Assembly: GCA_951406725.2 (NCBI GenBank)
Contig: OX597815.1
Span: 24,304,001-24,368,000, forward strand
Direction of reading: 5' to 3'
Source of the DNA: Octopus vulgaris
Taxonomy: Eukaryota
DNA length: 64,000 nt
Of the stretch, positions 27,291-38,900 are shown in pieces. A program made the translations under genes and the position numbers. Position 1 is the stretch's first letter. Every line of letters starts with the position of its first letter. Under the pieces are notes generated by a model. The model saw only the letters and a list, made by a program, of their open reading frames with translations, was not told where the DNA came from and made no database searches.

Positions 27291-27972
27291 TACCCCTTGT
27301 TTTGTACCAGCCCCAAATTTGCCTTCTTTTGTTTTTGCCATGTCTTTTCCTTCTCTCATACCACTACCATATTTACTTCCATTTTCTTCTCAAGTCTGGC
27401 TGTCCATTTTTTAAAATTTATTTTTTATTTGTTTAATTCATCTTTGATGCCGTCTGTCTCTCCTCTTAATAGTTTTTATGTCTGCATTACAAAAAAATAT
27501 TTCTATCATATCATTGTATATCTGCCTCATTGACTCACTTTCTAGTTTCTCATGTCTCTTTTCTTTGATTAATTTATATCTCCTGGGATTGGGAAATGAA
27601 ATTCCTTTGGATCAACTGGAAAGTACTGTGGTGTTTTTCATGGACATAGTTGTTTATTACAGTTTCTTTACCTACTGAAATATAAATAATCATTCTCATT
27701 TCTTGAATGGCTTAAAGCAGGTATCCAATTGGAGCAGATCTGAAGTTGCAGAATCCTCCAAACCATGTTAAATTGTGAACTGTTTTAAAATAATCTTAGA
27801 ATGAAAACAATAATAGAAAAAGTAATTGTGTATCGAACAGGAAATCTATAAAGTGATGATAACAAAATATAATCAAACTATTGAATAGCCATTATAATTT
27901 CCACCTGCCAATATAGAATCATTATTAGAATTGCAATTTCATTCTTATGGACTGTGAACGAGAGAATGTTGA

Positions 27973-28188
<216 letters not shown>

Positions 28189-28627
28189 TAAACTGGCCCT
28201 TTTTTCTATTCTTTCTCTGATTGCTTTTTGTATTTTTTTTTTTTTTTTTTTTTAATATTTAGTTAATCCTTTTGTATTTTATGGCCTCGAAATGTTGATT
28301 CCACCAAAATCTTTTATTTAGATATAAAGAAATTTGTGAAAATGAAGCTAAAGGAAACTAAAATTAAGGTTATAGGTTATATTTGTTTTTGTTTTTTTTT
28401 TTCTCTCTAAATTTGAAAGTAGAAGCTATAAAACTACTTGCTAATTAGGATCTCTTAAAAGGCAGCATCTTATTGAATAGTGAAATATTGTTTTTTGTAA
28501 AGAAGTCAAACTTGTTAAAACTATTGAGTTTAAATTTTGCTACTGAAATAGTATTTAATTTTACTGAATGGGCATTGTGTGTGTGTGTGTGTGTGTGCAC
28601 ACAAGTGATATTCTCAAAAATAATAAT

Positions 28628-29055
28628 CCTTTCTATTATAGATAGGCACAGGGCCTGAAATTTTAGGAAGGGAGCTAGTTGATTACATTGACCCTGGTAC
28701 TTATTTCATTGACCCTGGTACTTATTTCATTGACCCAGAAAGAATGAAAGGCCAAGTTGACCACAGCAGAATTTGAACTCTGGATGGAAGGATGAATGAA
28801 ATGGCACTAAGCATTTGCCTGTCATGTTAACAATTCTGCCAACTTGCCTTCTTTCTCAAAAGTAATAATCCTTTCTACTTTAGGGACAAGGCCTGAAATT
28901 GTGAGGTGGGGGTGGGTCTTGTCAATTACATTGACCCCAGTGCATAATGGGGACTTATTTCATTGACCCTGAAAGGATGAAAGGCAAAGCTGAGCTTGGC
29001 AGGATTTGAACTCGGCCTGTAAGGACAGATGAAATGCCACTAGGCATTTGCCGCC
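28628..29055 (-). mobile_element. Two tandem family D SINEs (Meta-domain-like core)
   Basis: Both contain ACTTATTTCATTGACCC...GAAAGGATGAAAGGCAAAG...GAATTTGAACTC-like sequence; TTCTCAAAARTAATA lies before, between and after them. Confidence 0.7.
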
Positions 29056-29931
29056 TTTCTCAAAAGTAATATTGACAAAAATAACAGTTCATGTGATTTA
29101 GTAGTTATCATTAGTATTTCCTTATTTTTCACTGCTTACTTTCCTAAGCTATAATGTTACTGAACTCTTAAAATATCAATATTTATCTTAAAAATGTGCA
29201 ATATAGATTTTTTTATTTATTTATTGGTGAAATACAACTTTGAGAGCTGCTACGAAATACAATTGTCATTTTTTTTTTTTTTTAAAGATTTGTTTTTGCT
29301 GTGGTTTAATGTATTGTTTGTTGTGTCGTAACGTTTTTCATAAGCATGCAATGTTTAATAGGTAACCTGAGTTACTGCTTCTTGTAACTTGTGTTGTTTT
29401 GTCAGATCTAAAGCCCTAAGCTAATACTAGCTGGTCACTTTTTTGGTGCACTGCACTTACACATTTTCCCGTAGTTTATATATAAAACCTTTAATTAGTT
29501 CGAGTGGCATAACTACATATTACACACTTATACACTTACAAACACAACTAATCTAGTTGAAACTTACTAAAACTGGTTGTATTGTATTTTTTGTAGTGTT
29601 GATATTTATATATTGCAATTTATATATGATTTTTGTATTCTTCAGCAGAAAAAAATATTTAAAAGAAATCTGAGAAGATGAATATCATCACTTTACAGCC
29701 TTGGTTTCCATGCTGATATATGTTCAACAAGCTATTGTTAACTTATAGTTATGTTAGTATTAACATAGTTAACATAGGAATTACTAAAACATTTATGTAC
29801 TGAGTGGGGAAAAAATCATTAGTCAAAAACTAATATTCTGATTTTTAAAGTAAAAATTTTCAGCAAGGCCAGAAGACAACTTTGAACATGTTTGACCTTG
29901 TTATTGCCTCATTGATGAAGTTATATATATA

Positions 29932-30217
29932 TCACCGTGACCGACCAGGCTATCAGATGTGGCTACATATTGCTGGTCACAATGCACTTCGCATTGTTTT
30001 AGCCTTCAAGTGATGCCACCCTGCTGGCTAAGCGAGCAGGCCAACAGAAGAAAGAGTGAGAGAAAGTTGTGGCGAAAGAGTACAGCAGGGATCGCCACCA
30101 CCCCCTGCCAGAGCCTCGTGGAGCTTTAGGTGTTATCGCTCAATAAACACTCACAACGCCCGGTCTGGGAATTGAAACTGCGAGTCCGCTGCCCTAACCA
30201 CTGGGCCATTGCGCCTC

Positions 30218-30218
<1 letters not shown>
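29932..30218 (-). mobile_element. tRNA-derived SINE family B
   Basis: Near-identical to 8755-9055. Confidence 0.85.
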
Positions 30219-30280
<62 letters not shown>

Positions 30281-31639
30281 TTCACTATATTTGCAGAAGC
30301 ATTTTCTAAGTAAATGTATGAGATTGTACATTAGCTGGTGTAGGAAAAGGGCATAGTTTAAAGAATAAATAATTTGGAGCCTCTATCCATATGAAAACTA
30401 ATTGTTAAGTTAGTGTTCGTATTAAAAAGCTAACTAGAAAAAATTATGCTATAAGGAATTTTAAAAAAAACCATGTGTGGAAACTGAAGCAATGGTTAAT
30501 GGTTCTCAACTTGATTGAGTAGCCTGTCTTATTTCATCTAAATAATTCCATGAAGACGAAATTCTAATGTAATAAGCTGTATATCATATGTTGGGCACTA
30601 AAACTATATGTGATATTCCACTGCTTCAGTGGACACGAGTAGGCAACGTTGTATTATTGATCAATGTTATTCTTTTCTTGAGACTGCCGCTACTATTTTA
30701 CTGCCTCTCTTTAAGAGTTAATATAGTTGCTTGTATTGCACAAGCAGCAATACAGCATATTGGCTTACAGCATGTACCATTTTGGCCAACTCATATTCCA
30801 GATTTTCTTGGAATATAGATTTCATATGCTGTCATAACCAAGTTCAATACATGCAGTTTAGGGTCATGTTGGTCTTGATTTATTTGCAGTAACACACACC
30901 TAAGTCCATACTGTGGTTTCATTCACTTCATCTTGTTAAAATATTATGACCTACCCTAAAGTTTAGTTGAATCAAAAATAAGATCTATATTTCAATATTT
31001 TGGAAATTATTAGATTTTTTGCTATCACTTATTCAATTTAAATTTTTTGTATTTTTACAGTTTGATAAGGAATATTCTGGCTAAATCGCTACTATAATCC
31101 CATTAAATATCTGAATTAATTAGATATCTTTTCAATGACATTAAATAAGATCTGGAAATGTAAAGGGGGTAGTGGTAAAGTACAATATAGTTTTAAGAAT
31201 TATTACTCATGAGGTCTGTTTAGTATAACAAATATCATATCCTATTTATTTGTGTATTATACACACTTTTCCCCAGACACTTAAACCTAAAAATTAAGAT
31301 TGTGCATGAGATACAAGAACCGTTGATTATTTTTTCCAGTCTTAAGTGCATGGCCATAATAGAGTTGACATGTCCAGGCTAAATGATGTTTAAATCACTA
31401 TAATGAGATTAAATTTCACTATGACAGTGATAATACGTTAAATGTTCATTATATTAAAGAAACATGTCCTCATCAGATGTAAGATTCAGAAGTAAAATGT
31501 AAAACTGAAATGGAAGCAGAAAAAATATGATGTATACTCAGTTTTTGTTTTATATACGGCTGTATACCTTATTTTGTGTGTATATGCTACTATAAGAACA
31601 TATATTTCTTAAAATTCTATTTCAATAATCTACCCCCAC

Positions 31640-31905
31640 CTCCAGTGAGGAGGATTGGCCTGCACGAATCCTGTACCAATGCCTTATAAAAAGCACTTGT
31701 TCTAGTGCCATGTAAAGGTGTTTGTGCAGTGCCACATTAAAAGCACCCCGTACTCGTAAAGTGATTAGCATTAGGAAGGGTATCAAGCTATAGAAACCAA
31801 GCCAAATCAAACTGGAGCCTGGTTCAGCTCTCCAACTTGCCAAGTTCAGTCAAACTGTCCAACCAATGCCAGCATGGAAAGAGGACATTAAAGGATGATG
31901 ATGAT
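31640..31905 (+). mobile_element. SINE family C, diverged
   Basis: Tail CAGCATGGAAAGAGGACATTAAAGGATGATGATG. Confidence 0.65.
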
Positions 31906-32444
31906 TCTATAATAGAAAACACAAAGGTGTTCCAACCATGAGCACCCAGTTGATATATTGTTTAATATATAAACTATACGATATATTGCTTAAATCGGCT
32001 CAGTAAGCAAACACAGGACCTATGGAATTTCTGCTGTCAAACTTCAGTATGGAAGGATATGAAACAACAATTCTCAAACTAACAAATAACTCCATTCTAA
32101 AGAAAAAAATTAAAATATAAATAAAATTTTGGCCCCATCTCTCTTTATTAATTAAATAGCAAAAGACTATGTATCCATACAATTCTACTTTCTTTGCCAA
32201 GGTGTTGGACATATTTAAAAACTTTATTAAACAGTAATTTGTCCACTCACTTTTCAAGCCTAATCCACTCTTTGCAAGAAACACTGATAAAGGATATAAC
32301 CTAGAATGCTGACATTTAGATATTTTTATTATGAATGCAAATACTTATACATACTATGTGCTTAACTTCCTTCAATATATGCTCACATTTTGATAATGAC
32401 AGTATTTATGTAATATTTTTATCGATTATTTAATTTAATCTTCC

Positions 32445-32709
32445 CAGGCTGATACCAGTACCCCCTGACTGACCTCCCTTGCTGGTGGCATGTAAAAAGC
32501 ACTATACGAACGTGATCGATGCCATGCCTGCCTGACTGGCTCCTGTGCCAGTGGCACATAAAAAGCACCCACTACACTCTCAAAATGGATGACATTAGGA
32601 AGGGCATCCAGCTATAGAAACATAGCCGCCTGGTGCAGCCGCTGACTCTTCGGGCCTCAGTCAAACCGTCCAGCCCATGCCAACATGGAAAGTGGACATT
32701 AAATGATGA
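32445..32709 (+). mobile_element. SINE family C, diverged
   Basis: AAGCACCCACTACACTC...AGGAAGGGCATCCAGCT...CATGGAAAGTGGACATTAAATGATG. Confidence 0.65.
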
Positions 32710-34212
32710 ATAGTATTTTTGATAATGGAAGTATTTTACTTTTAGTAAAGTATGTAAAAAGCAAAAGTATTCCAGTTCAGAATAGTAAAAATATTTACAT
32801 TAATTAATAATGTAAGTATTACATTCTGGTGTTTCATGCTGAAGGTTGACAGTTGTAATTCTATGGGACCTGTGCTTGTAGGGCATCAGACACCTCTTGT
32901 GGCCTGCACTGTTAAGGATTTGAAAATATTTTCAATGTGTTTTATACAGCAATTATAATACATTTGACTAAACTCATTTTATTCATGCATCAAAATATTG
33001 AAAAGGTAGTGCTTATTATACAAAAATATATATGATGTAAAAAATAAATATGGAACTTAAACTTGAAAATGTTGATAAATTGCAATTTTGTATATTAATC
33101 TTGCTTGAAGAACTGTTGTATGTATGAGTGTGTGTGTTATATATATAAAATTAGTGTATGAAACATTCTTATGTTAGCATCTAATACAAAAGAGTATGAT
33201 AATTTTGTCAGCTCGATCCTAGGTTTCGGCTATTTTAATATTTCTAGCTTAAATTTTTTGCTCAACTTAAAATCAAGCCAATTCTCCTTTCTTTAAACAT
33301 AAAAATAGCTAGTGGTCAACTACAAATTGTAGTTGTGTAATTCAATGAAAACAGTAAATCCAGGCATCATTTTGGAATCGGCATGAACATCTGATTCAGT
33401 TTCCAGTCTGATTACTTAGATCTGCAGTTTCTAATCGATCACCTATATTTTTAAGTCCCATTGTCAACTTGGGATCCATTAAATATCTATTTTACTTGCC
33501 TACACCTAGTAACCATTTATTTTTCTTGCAAATACTTGTAATGCACACTAATAGCAAACAAAATTCATCCAGGCCATTCCACTCTGTGCAAGTACCATTT
33601 ACCATAGCCTTTGGTTAACCTAAGGCTCTGAGTGATGAAATTGAGTGAATGAAAGCTGCAGAGTCCTGATGGATAGACTGAGCCTGTGGTCCAGGTTCCC
33701 ATTCATATCTTACTGATTATGCCTGTTGATTACATTGAAGGTACAAGTAACTGTGAAATACTCAGCCAGATTTTAATTCAGTGAGATTGTAGATGCAAGA
33801 CAAAGTTTAAAATTCAGTTCAGTCAGTTGTTAGCAACATGTAGTATGTTAAAATAATTTAAAACTTTGAGTAGTATCTAAAATCCATGCAGATGAATGAT
33901 CTTAGATGCTATTATTTTAAAGAACTTGGCATTAAATTCTATATCACTCAGTAGTTCTGATTACGTTTGACCTAGTTGTATGCAGAGAACATTCTCACCT
34001 GTTTCACACCAGCTGCACATCAGTCGTAGTGCATAGTATTGCTCCAGTATGCACTGTCTGTATATCACTCCAATAAATTGTTCACATGCACAGTACAACT
34101 GGATGTCTCAGTCACTATGAATTCCATGTGCTAACAGCCAGTTAGCGTCAGTTGTATGCATGATTGTTTGCATGTTTAACTCTCAATTCCTCTCTTTATT
34201 GTCATCTTTTAG

Positions 34213-34230
34213 AGCAAAGAGCTGAACCTT
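34213..34230 (+). CDS. MYH10: Candidate alternative loop-1 microexon, 18 nt: SKELNL
   Basis: TTTAAC branch-like site, pyrimidine tract and ttttag acceptor, consensus gtaagt donor, phase 0-0, no stop; five (T)GCATG motifs nearby. Confidence 0.7.
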
Positions 34231-35753
34231 GTAAGTATCCTTTGGTCTTATTGTAGTTCTCACAGCTAATATTTTTATTTTGTCGCACATGTGTGGAAGG
34301 CAACACGCTTACATTGCAGCTTGCATGTTATCTAACTTTTGGCATGTAATCTGTTTATTAACTTAGGGTGTGGTCAGCGAGGAGTCAGTTACCAGCATGA
34401 TATACATGAAAAAGGTTGGCTCATTTTTTTCATTTTGACATTATTACAAATTTTCAGTTACTGTAATTTTTTGTATTTTTAATTGTTCATTATTAATCCG
34501 GCTTTTTTTGAATACGCTTTCACTGGAGCTTTAAATGTTTTACTGGACACATCTAATATATTTGTTGTATATTTAAAAGCTATTTTACATTTATTTGGAA
34601 GCTTTCGCCTCTTAAATTAATTTTTTATATTTTAGTTTATTTTCTGAGATTTAAATGTTGAACAAGTATTTGAGGTTTTACTTGAGTTCGCTCTATGGGG
34701 AAACATTAGAAGCTTTTTCAAAATGTTCTTTGTTCTTATTTTTATTTAATTTAATAGATGCAATATGTTTAAATTATTTAAAAGTACAGCTTTTTGAATT
34801 GATTCTGTGTTTTAGTTTCTATAACTTAATTGAACTGAAAGGAAAAGAATCTCAAATAGCATTCTGCATCTTGACTGGCCTAAGTAGACTGGTATACTGG
34901 AAAATACAGAAAATTCATTGAAAATAGTAAAAATAGGCTTTTCCCTGTCCTCTAAAACCTTTGACAAGCAATATATAAAATCTTCAATATTTTTACTTAA
35001 TATGTTGCCATCTTTCCTCCCCCAAAGTATAATTGAGTTAATAATTTCAGACAGTTTCTTCTAATGTCAATAAAATTGGCAACTTTTTATATGAGCCAGC
35101 TGTGAATGTCTGTGTAATTACATGATCACTTCAATGAAGCAACTTCTACCTCAATAGACTTCCTATCAATAAAATAAGAACAGAATACTGTTGAGAACCT
35201 TTCTTTGAACAAACTAGGAAACAACCGAATTTCATTTTAGAATGTTGAAAAGTTATTTTGTTAGTTTTGTGTTGACATCAGTTTTATTAATTTCTATAGA
35301 AACACGATGTTTCTATAATGATGTTTTATGGTATATACAATTTGTCCCATTTTATGTATAGGTTGCCTGATAAGTTATGCAAAATAAATTGAAAGATAAT
35401 TTTTTGCAAGCCATTACAATTAGAATTTCAGAAAATAAAACTTAAATATTAAATCATTGCACATACTTAATTTGACATTTCAATAAAATGGTAAATTAGT
35501 AACATGTATCAAATTTTAAAATGTTATGGCATGAAATTATTCTTTAACAAAAGCAAAAAAAACTTTTGGTATTTACCAGTTTATCAAAATGTTTTTGTTT
35601 TTGTTTCTTTTTCTAAGGGTGGAGAGAGGTGTTGGGAGTTAAGTGATACACATTTTTCATGGAACATAGTTTTAGTGAGGAACAATATAGGCTTTGTAGC
35701 ACTCCAATTATGGCCACTATATTGGCTGGCTTATATTGAGTAGTTTTGTTTAA

Positions 35754-35974
35754 CCCTTTAGCATTTAAACCGGCCATATCCGGCCAAAAGTATTCTGCCT
35801 GTTTTATGTTCAAACTGGCCAGATCTGGTCTCTCACACCAACCCTACAATGTTGTTTTAAAAATTAATAGTTACCTCATCAAAATCTCATAGCTACAAGA
35901 TGATGCATGATTAGTTCAAAACAATGTGGATGAAAAGACATTAATTGTGGCAGAATAATGCGAACTCTAAAGGG
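35754..35974. mobile_element. piggyBac-like MITE with TTAA target-site duplication
   Basis: TTAA|CCCTTTAG ... CTAAAGGG|TTAA; copies at 42911 and 58128. Confidence 0.8.
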
Positions 35975-38900
35975 TTAAACAATCAAGTCTACAAGGGGGA
36001 AAGCATAATAGAATGAGCAAAGTTATTTGTAGTTCCTGATGTAATAACTCTTCTAATACTACAGAATTAAAATTCTGATGATTCTCAGATTGCTTCAGGC
36101 ACTTATTCAGCCAGTTTCCTCAATATTCTTGTGGAGTTGCTTGTTATGGAAATTGTATGTTTCTGCAAATTATTTAATTCTGCAAGTAACATTTATCGGT
36201 GCGTAAAGATGATTCTGATTGCTAGTTTCCTTGCATTAAGATGTGTTTGCTACAATAACACTATCTGTTCATGTTGGTAATTAATAATGCTGTAATACAA
36301 CAAATTCTAATTGTATGGAATGCAATTATATATTATACATAGCTATAATTATACGTTGTACATGTTAAATGGTTCATGTTGCCAGTTAAGTCAGCATGTG
36401 TTATGGGACACTTTGTATTATATCTTGTTTCTAAGCCTTCATCATTCATGATTGCTAGAATTATGCCATGTTTCGATTACTTTTGTATATTTAGAATTGC
36501 ATGTTTCTTTTTTTTTTCTTTTTTTTTTTTATAAAAAAAGTGAAAAAGCAGTTATGATCTCTCAACATTATCTAGTTTAACCTTTATAATAGTGAAAAAG
36601 TATATCTGCTTAATACCTTTAGCTAGAATATACCTTTTAGAGAGTTTTATTGGAATAGGTATTCAATGGTTTCCATATTCTTATTTCACTCAAAAATGGA
36701 ATAGAAATATAATTGCAAAAAGAAATGGCATGTTAGACAAAAGCAGGCAGTGAGAAATACAATTAAAGAGTTGAATAGAAGAAAAAAAAATCATCAAATA
36801 AAATTGAAATATTTTAAGAATAAGTTTAAAAACTTGTTTTCTTTTCCTTAATAACTGTAAAGTTTTGTTACCAGCTGTTGATTCCTTGTTAATTGTGTAC
36901 ACTTCACTATTTTGCCAATTGTCTCAGCAATAGAATTACTCATTTACAAAGTTTAGATTTTTAATATATCTGCTTACGGTTTGATAATTTAGTAGATGTA
37001 AGTCAGGTTGGTCAGGTGACACAGGATACTTATTTGATATTTTATTTATGCTGTCGCTGAATCGAAGGCAGCAAATTGGCAGAATCATAAGAGCATCAGT
37101 TAGGATGCCTTGTGCTATTTGTTGCTGCTCTTTATGGTCTGAATTTAAATCCTGCTAAACTGAATTTTACCTTCATTGTATTTATTTCTTTTGTGGTTGA
37201 TAAAATACCAATCCAGTATTGGGGTCGTTTCTCTCTTTCTCTATGGATTGTACCTGTATTCTAAGATCCAGCCTTTTGTCCTGCTGATTTGGCCTGAGAA
37301 TCGCATTAAGGGTACATGTATCTGTTGAATATTCAGCCACTTATGTGTAAATTTCACTGTAGGAATTCAGTTGGTCTAACAACTGACTGCTCATCTTCAA
37401 GATTGGTGGAGAATTCACCATTTTTGAATTGTCTGAATTTAGATAATTTTATGTCAATAGTAATTAACATTTAAAGTCTGAAAGTCCATTAGTCTTTTCT
37501 TTTTTTTAAGAAGTATTTTTATTATTCTATTCTATCTATTTGAATTCAAGTAGTTATTGTATATCAAACACTGTATATTGTTGAAGAAATTACATATTTT
37601 AGTAATGACATTTCCTTACTTCATTAGAAGTTTAAAGTTTTCCTTTAACATCAGTCAATGCAGATGGATTTTAAGTCTAGCAGCAACAATATCTGTAGAG
37701 TTACTGTTTGGTTTGTAGATATAAAAAGATGACTACTTTAATGTTCTAATTAGTAAGAATGCTGGTGGAAATATTGATGATCTTCTAAAACTGTTTTTAG
37801 GCAAGTGCCTTTTTTTGAAACCACGTGTGGAAACTGAAGCAATTACATTGCAGAAGAGCCAGTTTAACCATCTAAAACACGTGCAAGAAAAGAGTTATAT
37901 TCACATTTTCATTTATTTCATGAAGTGTTGCGCCTCTGTGATCTGGTTACCAACACAATTTCATTGCAATGGAACTGTGCCATTGACCAAATAGCAGTAA
38001 TAAAATAAAAAAAGTTTGGATAGCTCATGAAATAAACAGGAAGTGACTATAACTGTCTTTGTGTTTTTAGATGGCTAAAATGACTCTTTCCTTGTAATTA
38101 ACTTTACAAGTGTTAAACGAATGTATTAAGTGTTTTGCAAACCATTGTCAGTTATCTTTCTTTTGTAGTATTGGATGCATATATTTTCTTGTACTTATTC
38201 CGTTTAAGCATTGATTTTGTAACCCGCCTCAACCTTTTGTATCATTGCCCACCTGTCAATTTTAGGATTTTTGTTTTGTTGTCAGACATAGATTCTGAAT
38301 TTTTTTTTTTTAGAATTAGAAACCAATTAGGGTAAGGGAATCTACAGTTGAAGTATATATTCAATATATAAAATATGTTTCATTTACATTTGAAGTTTCA
38401 AAATATTTTTTGTTTGCATTTATAATTACACTTTATCCCTTGAAAAAAAAAAAAAAAAAAAAAAAAGAAAGAAAAAATTTTCATTTTCATAAAGTGAAAT
38501 AATTTCAGATGCAAACAAAATATATTTATTTATACACTCAAATGGAAAGAAAATATTTATATGTAAAAATTAATGTAACTCTAAATCCTCTAACTCCACT
38601 CAAGATTCCAAAATAATTTTTTTTTTAATTAAAAGATTGTTTTTCAGATTCAATCGTTAATGCTTAAACATAGAAACCCAAAGTGCCCTCCCCCCAAGTA
38701 TAATAAAAATATAAGATATTAGTGGTGGACAAAATAAAAATCCATGCTTAACAGAATGAGTACTCATTTCCTTGTGTATGACAATGGCATGGTTATAATA
38801 TCTGTTTCAAAAATGTTCCTTATTGTATGCTGTTCTTCAGTTTCATGACTTTGTTCTTTTGTTGATTCAAAAAAAAAAAAAAATTTATTGAGAGCATTAG

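Noticed and set aside
27038-27436. Overlapping repeat-protein ORFs (ESNCGTGTR, VPVPQLLSL)
   Set aside because: Produced by a 27-bp minisatellite; no splice context or recognisable domain.
29401-29690. Candidate acceptors at 29405 and 29645 as extra loop-1 exons
   Set aside because: In-frame stops follow quickly and no good donor is nearby.
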